64,000 bases of DNA from Candidatus Limnocylindrales bacterium (GTDB lineage Bacteria; Chloroflexota; Limnocylindria; Limnocylindrales; CSP1-4): assembly GCA_038214255.1 (NCBI GenBank), contig JBBQRZ010000009.1, positions 25,129 through 89,128 of the forward strand. The letters are read 5' to 3'. This document shows, one piece after another, positions 8,172 to 17,542 of the stretch. Every line of letters begins with the position of its first letter. The first letter of the stretch is position 1. The translations under genes were made by a program, and so were the position numbers. The notes under the pieces were generated by a model. It made no database searches. It had not been told where the DNA came from and saw nothing but the letters and a program-made list of their open reading frames with translations.

Positions 8172-11006
8172 TCAAGCCGCAGCCGACCCGGCGGACAGCG
8201 GCAGGCTGGTGGCCGCGAGCAGCGCGGGCAGGTCCGAGGCCGGGACGGGCCTCGAGAACAGGAAGCCCTGGACCTGCAGGCAACCGAGGTCTCGCAGTCG
8301 TTCCAGCTGATCCGCCGTCTCGACGCCTTCGGCGGTCGCCGACAGACCGAGGGCGCGGGCGAAGGCGAGGGTGGCCGTGACGATCGCCGTGTCCTCCCGC
8401 GAGCGACCCAGGCCGTCGATGAATGACCGGTCGATCTTGAGGCCCTGGACCGCGAACCGCTTGAAGTACTCGAGCGCGGAGAAGCCGGTCCCGAAATCGT
8501 CGACGACGAGCTGGACGCCCATGTCGCGCAGCTGGCTGAGCGAGCCATCGCTGGCCGCGGAGGCGTCGAGCATGAGCGACTCCGTGATCTCCAGGACAAG
8601 CGCCGACGGCTCGAGTCCGGTGGCCGCGAGGGCGGCGCCGACCTCGGCCGCGAAGCCCGGCTCGACGGCCTGACGGGGTGAGACGTTGACGCTCATCGTC
8701 AGGGCTCGTGGCCAGTGCCAGCATCGCGCAGGACGCGCAGCTGGCGGCAGGCCGCCGCGATGACGAGCCGGCCGAGCGGCACGATGAGCCCGGACGCCTC
8801 GGCCAGGGGGATGAACTCCATCGGCGCCACGAGGCCGCGCTTCGGATGGCGCCATCGGACGAGCGCCTCGAAACCGGCGATCCGGTTCGAAGGAAGCTGG
8901 ATGATCGGCTGGTAATGGAGCTCGAACTGCTCGTTGTCGATCGCCGTCCGCAGCTCCGCCTCCATCTCGAGCCGGCCCCTGGCGCGGACCCGCATCGAGG
9001 GGTCGAACACGGCGAAGCGGCCCCGGCCCTTGGCCTTAGCCTCGTACATCGCGGCGTCGGCATGCGCGAGCAGATCGTCCGCCGCGATGTCGGATCCAGC
9101 CGCCATGGCGATCCCGATGCTCACGCCGACGACGATGGCGCGCCCGTCGAGCTCGATCGGCCGGCCGAGCTCCTCGAAGAGACGCTCGGCAAATTCGGTC
9201 GCCTCGCCGACCGATCGGACCCGGTCCAGCAGGACCGTGAACTCATCGCCTCCCTGCCGAGCGGCGACATCGGTTGCCCGGATCGTCGCGCTCAGGCGGC
9301 GTGCCACCTCCACGAGCAGACGGTCGCCCGCGCGGTGCCCGAGGGAGTCGTTGACGACCTTGAAGTTGTCGAGGTCGAGGAACAGGACCGCCACCTTCGC
9401 CCGACGCCGCCCTCGGCCGGCGAGGGCGCGCTCGACGTGATCGCGGAAGAGGACCCGGTTGGCGAGCCCGGTGAGTGGATCGTGGAGCGCATCGTGGAGA
9501 AGCTGCTCCTCGAGGCGCTTCTGCTCGGTCGTGTCGACGAGCAGGCCCTGGGAGACCCGGCGGCCGGCCGTCGAGCCCTCGGTCATGCTGTACGCCTCGT
9601 CGTTGGATCCAGACCACCGATCCGTCGCGAGCGACCATCCGGTAGTCCGCTCGCAGTGGTCGCCCGCTCGCCCAGTGCGCGGTGTACGAGGCGATGGTCG
9701 GTTCAAGGTCGTCCGGATGGATCAGCCGTGGCCACAGCTCCGGGTCGTCGACGAAGGCCTCCGGTGGGTAGCCGAGGATCGTCTCGATCTGGGGGCTCAT
9801 ATAAGCTCGCTTGCCGCCGTCGGTGACGGTCGGGTCGGCCACGTCAATGTAGACCGCCGCCGGGACGCGCTCGACGAGCACGCGATAGCGAGAGTCGGCC
9901 TCAGCTCGCTGGAGGAGGGCCACCTCGAGCTCGTCACGGGCCTGTCGGGACCGGTCGAGCAGCCGGCCCTGCTCATGAACGAGCAGCGACTGCCGAACGC
10001 CGGCCAGGATGATGACGCCGAACGCCGCGGCGTCCACGAGCCCGAGATCGGGTGTGGCCACATGACGGGCGACGATCAGGACCGTGCTGCCGAAGAGAGC
10101 GACCAACGGCAGGGCGCCATGGATCGCCGTGGTCGCCCGCCTGGAGCGCATCCCGGCTGCCTCGCCGAGCCGCCAGCTGGCTCCACCGAGGCCGACCACG
10201 ACGATGCCGAGGGGAAAGAGGTAGTTGACGAGGCTGCCTGCGGGCGGCGCGACCACGGCCGCCTCGCGCAACCACTCCACCCAGGTCAGGCCGAGCATCG
10301 CGAAACCGGCGAGGAGCAGATAGCCGCCACTCGCCCGAAGCACGCCGCGGATCGCCAACAGGGCGATGAGACCGGCTCCTGCCGTGGCGAGATGGAGGAT
10401 CGGGTAGGCGATCGTCACCGCAGCGGCGAGCGTTCCGAGTGCCATCAGGTCGTCGCCATGCATGGCGAGGATGGCCGCGGTGATCGCCAGGAACATCGCC
10501 GCGGAGTCGAGGTAGACGGCTACCTCCTCGGCACGAGGGAGGCGGCCACGAACTGCCACGAGGAGGGCCAGGATGACCGGCACCACGATGCCGAGATATC
10601 CCACATCCGACGGCGTGGGAAAGCCGGCGAATCCCGTCGCGACCTGGACGTCCCAGCACAGCTGGCCGAAGGTCCACGAAAGCGCACCCAGGGCAACGAG
10701 CGTGCGCACGCGGCGCTCCAGTCCGGTCGAGCGATGCGCCGCGCTCGCGGTGACCGCCACCGCGATCAAGCCGCCGAGCGTCGTGTAGGCGGGCTCCCAG
10801 GAGACCACCAGCCCGCCGGCATCGACTGCCGCGAGGAGCATGAGAATGCCCATCAGGGGCAGGCCGGCGAGGAGGATCACCGGGACGGTGACTCGATCCC
10901 GGAGAGCCGCGCAGAGATGGATCAGGCGTCGCTGGCCATCGCCGGGACCGCGTTGGCGTGCCCGATCGGCCAATGCCCCAATGACCAGACGGTCGTCAGC
11001 CCCCAC
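8172..11006 (-). pseudogene. Membrane sensor-PAS-GGDEF-EAL c-di-GMP signalling protein, interrupted by two frame shifts
   Basis: Three ORF-track pieces join into one architecture. 9243..11315 carries the multi-TM region and PAS start (YMSPQIETILGYPPEAF...YRMVARDGSVVWI). 8699..9706 carries the PAS end, GGDEF (ARQGGDEFTVLL) and EAL start (FELHYQPII...FEALVRW). 8172..8855 carries the EAL end (LEITES...DDFGTGFS...AEGVET...QGFLFSRP). The shifts lie near 9604-9610 and in the GGG run at 8702-8704. The GTG start at 11006 is tentative. Confidence 0.8.
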
Positions 11007-11011
11007 GGTGT

Positions 11012-12708
11012 TCAGGCCGCGCCACGCTCGAAGCTGACGGCGCCGATCGGCCGGACGCCAGCCAGGAACGCGGTCAGGGCTGCGGGGGTGAGGGGCTCGG
11101 CGAAGTAGTACCCCTGCCCGAGGCCCGCCCCCAATGTCTGTAGCTCGGCCAGCTGGTCGGCTTGCTCGATCCCTTCCGCCACGGTCTGTTCTTCCCATTG
11201 GTCTTCGCCATGTACATCGAGACATCGGCGTCGCGCAGCAGCTGGTCGGCGGTCTGGGTTCGGGAGGTCGAGGCAGCGACGCCGATGCTGGCATGGACGA
11301 AGAGCTCCTTGGCACCGCGCTCGAACGGCGCCTCGAGCGCAGTCAGCAGCCGCTGTGCGACCGCAGTCGGCGCCTCGGCCTCGGCTGGATCCTCGATGAG
11401 GACCGCGAATTCGTCGCCGCCCATGCGCGCGATCGTGTCGCCGCCACGGACTGCCCCGACCAGGCGCTCCGCGACCGCGATAAGGAGCTGGTCTCCTTCA
11501 CCGTGGCCCAGGCTGTCGTTGACGGTCTTGAAGTCGTCGAGGTCGATGAAGAGGACGGCGATCGCCTGGCCGAATCGGTGCGTCCGAGCGAGCGCGTGCT
11601 CGAGGCGGTCGGCGAACAGGGCACGGTTCGCCAGCCCGGTGAACGAGTCATGGAACGCCTGCCGCCGGAGCTCTTCCTCAAGACCTTTGCGGGCGGTGAC
11701 ATCGCGGTAGTTGACGACCACGCCGCCGACCGCCGGGTCGTCGAGGAGGTTCTTGAGAACCGCCTCGATCGCTCTCCACGATCCGTCGGCGTGTCGGACG
11801 CGCATCTCGCCGGAGACTTGCGCGCCCGGCGTCCGCATCACGTCGGCGAACAGGCGCTCGCCGAACTCGCGATCCTCGGGATGCACGATCGCGAGCGCGG
11901 CCTGGCCGAGGCGCTCGTCGGGACGGGCGCCCAGGACGCGCTCGGCCGCGGCGCTCTCGTACACGATCGTTCCATCGGCACGAAGGACCATGTTGACGTC
12001 GACGGAGTTCTGGACGAGCGAGCGAAAGCGCTCCTCGCTCCGACGCAATTGACGGTTCTGCCGCGTCAGGAGCCGGTAGGCGCCGGAGAAGGCCCCGAAC
12101 AGGAGCGCCAACAGGACGAGTTCCATCGCGCCGACGAGCAGGAGCACGTCCCGCCGCGTCGTCGCGATGCTGGTCTCGATCGGCGCTGCGTCCTCGTAGA
12201 TCTCATAGGCGGCGAGGACCTTGCCGTTCGCCAAGTCGCGGATCGGCAGGTAGATCTCCAGGAAGCGTTCGGCGAGTCCTCGCTCGAAGACGTTCTCATC
12301 GGCCGTGGCGCTGGAGAACTCGGTAGCGACGTTTCCCTCGAGAGCTTCGCCGAGCTCCGCGCCGGCCGGGAACTGGCGCCCGCGCAGCGCGCCCAGGTCC
12401 GAGAACATGACCGTTCCGTCCGGTGCCCAGATCTTGATCCGGAGGATCTTGCCGGACGCCACGAGCCGGCTCAGCTGGGCGTCGATCGCCCCGCCTCGGA
12501 GCCCCTGTGCCGTGACAAGCGGGTCGACATAACCTCGAACGACGGCCTCGGTCGTTCGAACGGCCTCGTCGACAGCGGTCGCTGAGAGGTGGTCCGAGAC
12601 GTTGGCCGACACGGCGAGCGCCGTTCCACTGACGAGCAGGGCGGAGACGAGCAGGACGCCGGCTCGCAGACCGGGAGGCCAGCCGGCCCTGATCGATGGT
12701 CGCTTCAT
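11012..12708 (-). pseudogene. Membrane sensor-PAS-GGDEF protein with an internally deleted EAL domain (only the last ~60 EAL codons remain, out of frame)
   Basis: ORF 11074..12708 has a signal/TM segment, a periplasmic-like domain, a second TM, PAS, and GGDEF (ARMGGDEFAVLI). After MYMAKTNGKN the frame runs into nonsense. A different frame reads TVAEGIEQADQLAELQTLGAGLGQGYYFAEPLTPAAL and stops at 11012-11014, which is the extreme C-terminus of an EAL domain. Confidence 0.75.
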
Positions 12709-12878
12709 GGTCGCGTGAGAGCCTCAGGTTGCGTGGCGCACAGGTTCGCCTTGGCGACCGTAGGTGGTGCGCGGAGGCACGACAAGGTGACGTTCGTTCC
12801 CCGCGCGTGCGGTCTGGAGTACCCACGCGCCCGCCGCCCACCGTCGCGGCTCGCGCAGCGCCGCGGATTCGGTGGCCG

Positions 12879-13208
12879 CTACCCCTCCGTGACGGTGGAC
12901 TCCTGGTCGATCCGCGGCGCGTGACGGGCGCGGCCTGCCTCGGTGACGACCGGGTCCAGCTGGGCCGACATCGGAGCGAACGGGCGCCGGCTGAAGATGG
13001 CCTCCACGGGCAAGTCGAAATGTTCGCCTGCACGGAGGGCGAGATCGAGGCTTGGGTTGTACTCGCCGCGCTCGAGGTAGCCGATCGTCTGGTAGTTCAC
13101 GCCGATCGCATCGGCCAGCTCCTGGCGCGACAGCCCGCGCTCGGCGCGCAGGACCGCAAGCCGGTTGTGGAGGACCGGCTCGACGCGGTCGGCCTGGCGC
13201 GCCAGCAG
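12879..13208 (-). CDS. Small XRE-family helix-turn-helix transcriptional regulator (start codon unresolved)
   Basis: The reading frame gives NRLAVLRAERGLSRQELADAIGVNYQTIGYLERGEYNPSLDLALR. The ORF-track start (GTG 13100) would cut the HTH in half. Between it and the upstream in-frame stop (13221-13223) there is no ATG/GTG/TTG, only CTG at 13208/13205. Confidence 0.55.
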   Translation of the reverse strand: MLARQADRVEPVLHNRLAVLRAERGLSRQELADAIGVNYQTIGYLERGEYNPSLDLALRAGEHFDLPVEAIFSRRPFAPMSAQLDPVVTEAGRARHAPRIDQESTVTEG

Positions 13209-13360
13209 GCGTCCTGGTGATCAGGCCGGCAACGCACAGGCGATCCGGCAGCGCCCTGCGTCCCGGAGATCGACTGAGTTCGCCAGCCGCCTCCGACAAC
13301 CACGAACCGCGAGGCGGTCACCGTGCGGAGCGATTGGAACGGAGCGCTACTCCGTCGCCG

Positions 13361-13621
13361 CTAGATCGCGGCGCGTCGACCCGTGACCGCCCGATACGCC
13401 GCGACCACGATGATCGCGCCGAATACTGCGACCACGATGCTCTCGATATTGATGCCGGTGACGTCGGCGACCTTCAGAACGGTGCCGGCAACGAAGCCGC
13501 CGACGACCGCGCCGATGATGCCCAGGATGATCGTGCCGATCACGCCTTCCTTGCCGCCCATGATCATGTTCGTGATGAACCCGGCGATCGCACCCACCAC
13601 GATCCACGCAATGATGCCCAT
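13361..13621 (-). CDS. GlsB/YeaQ/YmgE family stress-response membrane protein
   Basis: MGIIAWIVVGAIAGFITNMIMGGKEGVIGTIILGIIGAVVGGFV is a typical transglycosylase-associated/GlsB sequence. GGAGG lies 6 nt upstream of ATG 13621. The longer ORF-track start is a shadow extension. Confidence 0.85.
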   Translation of the reverse strand: MGIIAWIVVGAIAGFITNMIMGGKEGVIGTIILGIIGAVVGGFVAGTVLKVADVTGINIESIVVAVFGAIIVVAAYRAVTGRRAAI

Positions 13622-13783
13622 GGCTGCCTCCTGCCGGCGAACGGGCGCCGCGTGGAGGCCCACACCGTCGAGCGTCCGGATCGCCGTGGTCGATGGTACC
13701 CGGTCCGATCTGGTATCTCGGCTACAGATTTGTGACGAAAGAAGGCCCCGGCGTCGCCGGGGCCTTCGTTGCATGCGCTGCGG

Positions 13784-14221
13784 TCAGACCGTGACGGGAA
13801 CCCGCCCCGGTGCGGGAACGATGCCCAGCTGGACGAGCATGCCCAGCTGATCGACGAGACCCCAGTGCTCGGTCAGGCGCCCGTTGACGACCCGCCCGAT
13901 GTGGATCTCGTTCCACGTCGCGCGCTTGCCGGTTGCCGGGATGCCCATGAAGTCACCCTTCATGGTCCCGCTCGCAGTCAGGCGGTGGACGATCCGGTCG
14001 CCGCCCTCGATCGCGTCATCGATCGTGTAGTGGAGATCGGGGAAGGCCGTCTTCAGCGCCTTCAGGGCCTGCTTGAAGCCCTCGCGGGTCGCGGGCAGAC
14101 CGGGCTGCGGGGAGCGATCGACGAAGTCGGTCGCCACGAGCTCGTCGATGAGCTCGAACTTGCCGTTGTTCAGGACCTCGAGCGGGATGCGCTCGATCAT
14201 CTTCTGGTTCGTTGTGGTCAT
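13784..14221 (-). CDS. SnoaL-like ester cyclase / polyketide cyclase family protein
   Basis: 145-aa ORF with the ester-cyclase pattern (NNGKFELIDELVATDFVDRSP...FPDLHYTIDDAIEGGDRIVHRLTASGTMKGDFMGIPATGKRATWNEIHIGRVVNGRLTEHWG). Confidence 0.8.
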   Translation of the reverse strand: MTTTNQKMIERIPLEVLNNGKFELIDELVATDFVDRSPQPGLPATREGFKQALKALKTAFPDLHYTIDDAIEGGDRIVHRLTASGTMKGDFMGIPATGKRATWNEIHIGRVVNGRLTEHWGLVDQLGMLVQLGIVPAPGRVPVTV

Positions 14222-14341
14222 GTTGAACCACCCTCACTTGGTCTCCGCGCTGTTATGGCGGTCCAGCGTCGGGCCCTCTCGCGGATGCCCACCGGGTTTG
14301 GATTTCCCCGGCAACTGGTCGGGTTGTGTGCAGAGCGGAAT

Positions 14342-14370
14342 AGTACGTACTGCATGGTACGGTCCGTACT
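14342..14370. promoter_or_regulatory. GTAC-rich inverted repeats; candidate PadR operator
   Basis: AGTACGTACTGCATGGTACGGTCCGTACT ends immediately before the padR-like ATG. AGTACG (14342-14347) and CGTACT (14365-14370) are inverted. It contains the self-complementary AGTACGTACT and GTACGGTCCGTAC, and is locally AT-rich relative to the flanks. Confidence 0.5.
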
Positions 14371-14946
14371 ATGTCAAACGATCGGCTCACCCATACGTCG
14401 TATCTCGTGCTCGGGCTGCTGGCGCGCGAAGGGCCGTCGACACCATACGAGCTCGAGCAGCACGTCCGGGTCACGTTGGGGAACTTCTGGTCGTTCCCGC
14501 ACACCCTCCTGTACACCGAGCCCCCTCGTCTGGCGGCGCTCGAGCTGGTCACTGAGACGCGCGAGACCCTGGGCCGGCGTCGACGGGTCTTCACGATCAC
14601 GGAAGCCGGCGAGTCCGCCCTGGGCGCGTGGCTCGATCGACCCTCGACGGCGGCCACCGAGCTGCGGGACCTCGGGCTGCTCCAGCTCTTCTTCGCCGAC
14701 CTCGCCTCCGGGCTGGTGCGACTCCGCCTGGCCGAACAGCAACTGGCGAACCACCAAGCAAAGCTGGCCGCCTATCAGGAGGACGAGCGCCTCGAGCAAC
14801 GCCCGGGTGGACCTCGCAGGGGGCAGCGAACCGTCGAGCACTGGCGCGGCGAGACACTGCGGATGGGGCTGCTCTACGAAGGCGCAGCGGTCGATTTCTG
14901 GGCCGACGTCGTGGCCAAGGCCCGCTCGGCCACGGACGCGGCCTGA
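14371..14946 (+). CDS. PadR-family transcriptional regulator
   Basis: N-terminal winged helix typical of PadR (THTSYLVLGLLAREGPSTPYELEQHV...FWSFPHTLLYTEPPRLAALELV...RRRVFTITEAG) plus a C-terminal dimerisation domain. Divergent from the SnoaL-like gene. Confidence 0.85.
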   Translation: MSNDRLTHTSYLVLGLLAREGPSTPYELEQHVRVTLGNFWSFPHTLLYTEPPRLAALELVTETRETLGRRRRVFTITEAGESALGAWLDRPSTAATELRDLGLLQLFFADLASGLVRLRLAEQQLANHQAKLAAYQEDERLEQRPGGPRRGQRTVEHWRGETLRMGLLYEGAAVDFWADVVAKARSATDAA

Positions 14947-15089
14947 TCGCTCCGAGCTGATCCATCCCAGATCGGCGTCGCCACAGCCCGAAAACCGCCG
15001 TGCCTCCGAGGGACGTACCTTCTCCTGGATCCTGTGGCCACGGCGCCTGCTGCCCCCGGCGCCGGCCGCAGAGCACAGGAGGCTCGATC

Positions 15090-16181
15090 ATGCCGAAACG
15101 CGCTCTGGCCTGGGTGGCCGCTCTCGGGCTGCTCGCGATCGCCGCGGCCCCGGTGGCAGCTCACGACGAGGAGCACCACGAGCACCAGCACGGGTACGCG
15201 GTCACCAGACTGGTGACGGACGACCAGTCCGCCAACCATGCCCTGCATGAAGATCCGAACCTGGTCAACGGCTGGGGCATCGCGGCCAGCCCGACCTCGC
15301 CATGGTGGGTCGCGGCGAACCACGCGAACGTATCCACGCTATACAACGGCGCCGGCGACATCCAGCCGCTCGTCGTCAAGGTCGATGGCGGGCCGACCGG
15401 GACCGTCTTCAACGGTTCGACCGACTTCGTCGTCAGCTCCGGGGGCGCGTCCGGCGCGGCTCGGTTCCTGTTTGCCACGGAGGGCGGTCAGATCCTCGGC
15501 TGGAACCCGGGCGTGCCCGGGATGCCGGTCCCGTCGAGGACCTCATTCGTCGGCGCGACCGTGCCGGACGCCATCTACAAGGGTCTGGCGATCGCCCAGA
15601 CCGGGGCCGCCAACTACCTCTACGCGGCCGATTTCCACGGCGCCAAGATCGACGTGTTCAACGGCAGCTTTGCGCTCCAGCACTGGAGTGGCGCCTTCAT
15701 CGACCCGCGGATCCCCGACGGCTATGCGCCGTTCAACATCCAGGCCCTGAACGGGTGGATGTTCGTCACGTATGCCAAGCAGGACGCGGATCATCACGAC
15801 GAGATCGCCGGCCGGCATCTCGGCTACGTGAGCGCCTTCAAGCCGGACGGGTCGTTCGTCGGGCGGGTGGCCTCACGTGGCCCGCTCAATGCCCCTTGGG
15901 GTCTTGCGTGGGCACCGAAGGCAGGCTTCGGCAAGTTCAGCGGTGACCTCCTGGTCGGTAACTTCGGCGATGGCCGGATCCACGCGTACCGCTGGACGGA
16001 AGACGGCTTCCGCTTCCACGGGACGCTGCGCAACCGGCACCATCGCGCCATCCGGATCGACGGCCTGTGGGGCATCGGCTTCGGCAACGGCGCCGGCTCC
16101 GGCCCGACCACGACGCTCTACTTCGCGGCGGGTCCGAACAACGAGGAGCACGGCCTCTTCGGGTCGATCCGCTCCCGGTAA
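15090..16181 (+). CDS. Secreted TIGR03118-family beta-propeller protein with a His-rich N-terminus
   Basis: Signal peptide MPKRALAWVAALGLLAIAAAPVAA, then HDEEHHEHQHG, then family blocks (LVTDDQSANHALHEDPNLVNGWGIA; ATEGGQILGWNP; DLLVGNFGDGRIHAY). AGGAGG lies 8 nt upstream of ATG 15090. Confidence 0.8.
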   Translation: MPKRALAWVAALGLLAIAAAPVAAHDEEHHEHQHGYAVTRLVTDDQSANHALHEDPNLVNGWGIAASPTSPWWVAANHANVSTLYNGAGDIQPLVVKVDGGPTGTVFNGSTDFVVSSGGASGAARFLFATEGGQILGWNPGVPGMPVPSRTSFVGATVPDAIYKGLAIAQTGAANYLYAADFHGAKIDVFNGSFALQHWSGAFIDPRIPDGYAPFNIQALNGWMFVTYAKQDADHHDEIAGRHLGYVSAFKPDGSFVGRVASRGPLNAPWGLAWAPKAGFGKFSGDLLVGNFGDGRIHAYRWTEDGFRFHGTLRNRHHRAIRIDGLWGIGFGNGAGSGPTTTLYFAAGPNNEEHGLFGSIRSR

Positions 16182-16209
16182 GCGCACGGCCCGCCCCCAA
16201 GCTTTACCC

Positions 16210-16239
16210 GCGCCGGGCGCCTTGGGAGGCGCCCGGCGC
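16210..16239 (+). terminator. Rho-independent terminator-like hairpin after the TIGR03118 gene
   Basis: Perfect 11-bp stem GCGCCGGGCGC (16210-16220) / GCGCCCGGCGC (16229-16239) with an 8-nt loop, followed by the T-containing TCTCCCTTTG. Confidence 0.6.
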
Positions 16240-16489
16240 TCTCCCTTTGACTCGGCCTACCGCTCCTCGGGCCACCGGGAGTGCAGTGGATCAACGCGGG
16301 GTTGGAGCTCCGCGCTCGGCGATCAGGGTGGTTACCACGGGCGCGCAACGTTCGTCGACCGGACCGGCCGCGCGCTGTAGCCTGAGTTACCGGGCTTCAC
16401 CTCATGAGGCGGGATCGTATCCGGCGGTACGGTGCAGACCGGTGCACGGGCGAGATTGACGGCAAGCTACCCTGGTGGAAGTTCGTGCC

Positions 16490-17056
16490 ATGCCCAGTAT
16501 CACCGTGAGCTGGTGGGCCATCGCACTGCGCGGAGTGGCCGCAATCGCCTTCGGGGTCGTCACCTTTCTGTTTCCGGCAATCGCCTTGGCAGCACTCGTC
16601 CTGCTGTTCGCCGCCTACGCGTTCGTCGACGGAGTCTTCACCCTCGCCAGTGGCCTCCAGCGACGTGCCGGTGGCCAACGCGACTGGATGCTGGTTCTCG
16701 GCGGGATCGCCGGCATCGTGGTCGGCCTGCTGACCGCCGTCGTGCCGGGGATCACGGCGCTCTTCCTTCTGACGCTGATCGCCGTGTGGGCGATCCTGAC
16801 CGGGATCCTGGAGATCGTGGCCGCGTATGGGATGCGCGAGCTGATCCGCGGCGAGTGGCTATTGGCGGTGAACGGCGTCGTGTCGCTCGTCTTCGGCCTG
16901 TACATCGTTTTCTTCCCGGGACCGGGCGCCCTCGCCGTGATCTGGCAGATCGCGCTGTACGCGCTCGCCTCCGGTGTCGTCCTGTTGGCGCTCGCGGTCC
17001 GGCTTCGGGCTCGGGCCCGCGGCTCCGACATGCGGCAGGGGACGGCCGCCGCCTGA
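16490..17056 (+). CDS. HdeD-family (DUF308) acid-resistance membrane protein
   Basis: Repeated DUF308 helices (WWAIALRGVAAIAFGVVTFLFP; LLFAAYAFVDGVFTLA; WAILTGILEIVAAY; LAVNGVVSLVFGLYIVFFPG). ATG 16490 is preferred over GTG 16475. Confidence 0.8.
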   Translation: MPSITVSWWAIALRGVAAIAFGVVTFLFPAIALAALVLLFAAYAFVDGVFTLASGLQRRAGGQRDWMLVLGGIAGIVVGLLTAVVPGITALFLLTLIAVWAILTGILEIVAAYGMRELIRGEWLLAVNGVVSLVFGLYIVFFPGPGALAVIWQIALYALASGVVLLALAVRLRARARGSDMRQGTAAA

Positions 17057-17156
17057 CTCGCGGCCCCGGCCGCTTCCCTCGCCACGCTGAGGGCACGCCG
17101 ACTGACACCCGCCGGTATCATCCTGCGATCTGGCGATGTTCCGAAGGAGGCCACCC

Positions 17157-17405
17157 ATGCCGCTCTACATGGACCACCACAATCTCCCTGGCGTTAAGGC
17201 GGGCGACGTCGCCAAGGCGCACGAAGCGGACGTTCGGGTGCAGGGACAGTACGGCGTGGATTACCAGCACTACTGGGTCGACGAGGAGGGCGGCCAGGTC
17301 TGGTGCCTGGTCGACGCTCCCGACAAGGAGACCGCGGCGCGCGTGCATCGAGAGGCCCACGGCCTCGAGGCCCACGAGCTCAACGAGGTGAGCCAGGGAG
17401 CCTAG
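17157..17405 (+). CDS. DUF4242 domain protein (SCO4226-like small ferredoxin-fold protein)
   Basis: MPLYMDHHNLPGVKAGDVAKAHEADVRVQGQYGVDYQHYWVDEEGGQVWCLVDAPDKETAARVHREAHG matches the DUF4242 pattern. GGAGG lies 7 nt upstream of ATG 17157. Confidence 0.75.
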   Translation: MPLYMDHHNLPGVKAGDVAKAHEADVRVQGQYGVDYQHYWVDEEGGQVWCLVDAPDKETAARVHREAHGLEAHELNEVSQGA

Positions 17406-17542
17406 GGCCCGCGCCCGACGCCCAGCCTTCGACCACCGATCTTCGGGCCCCCTCGCCCGATCCCGAAGCGCTCGCTCAGCCGCCGAGACGAATCCGAGAC
17501 CGAGCGTGAGCGCGCCCAGAGGCTGACGACTCGCCGGCGGGT

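Noticed and set aside
16240-16489. A 250-nt untranslated stretch upstream of the HdeD-like gene as a riboswitch or sRNA
   Set aside because: I could not match it to any riboswitch consensus I know (TPP, SAM, cobalamin, glycine, guanidine, Mn, c-di-AMP, c-di-GMP). Only generic GC-rich pairing is visible. A covariance-model scan would be needed.
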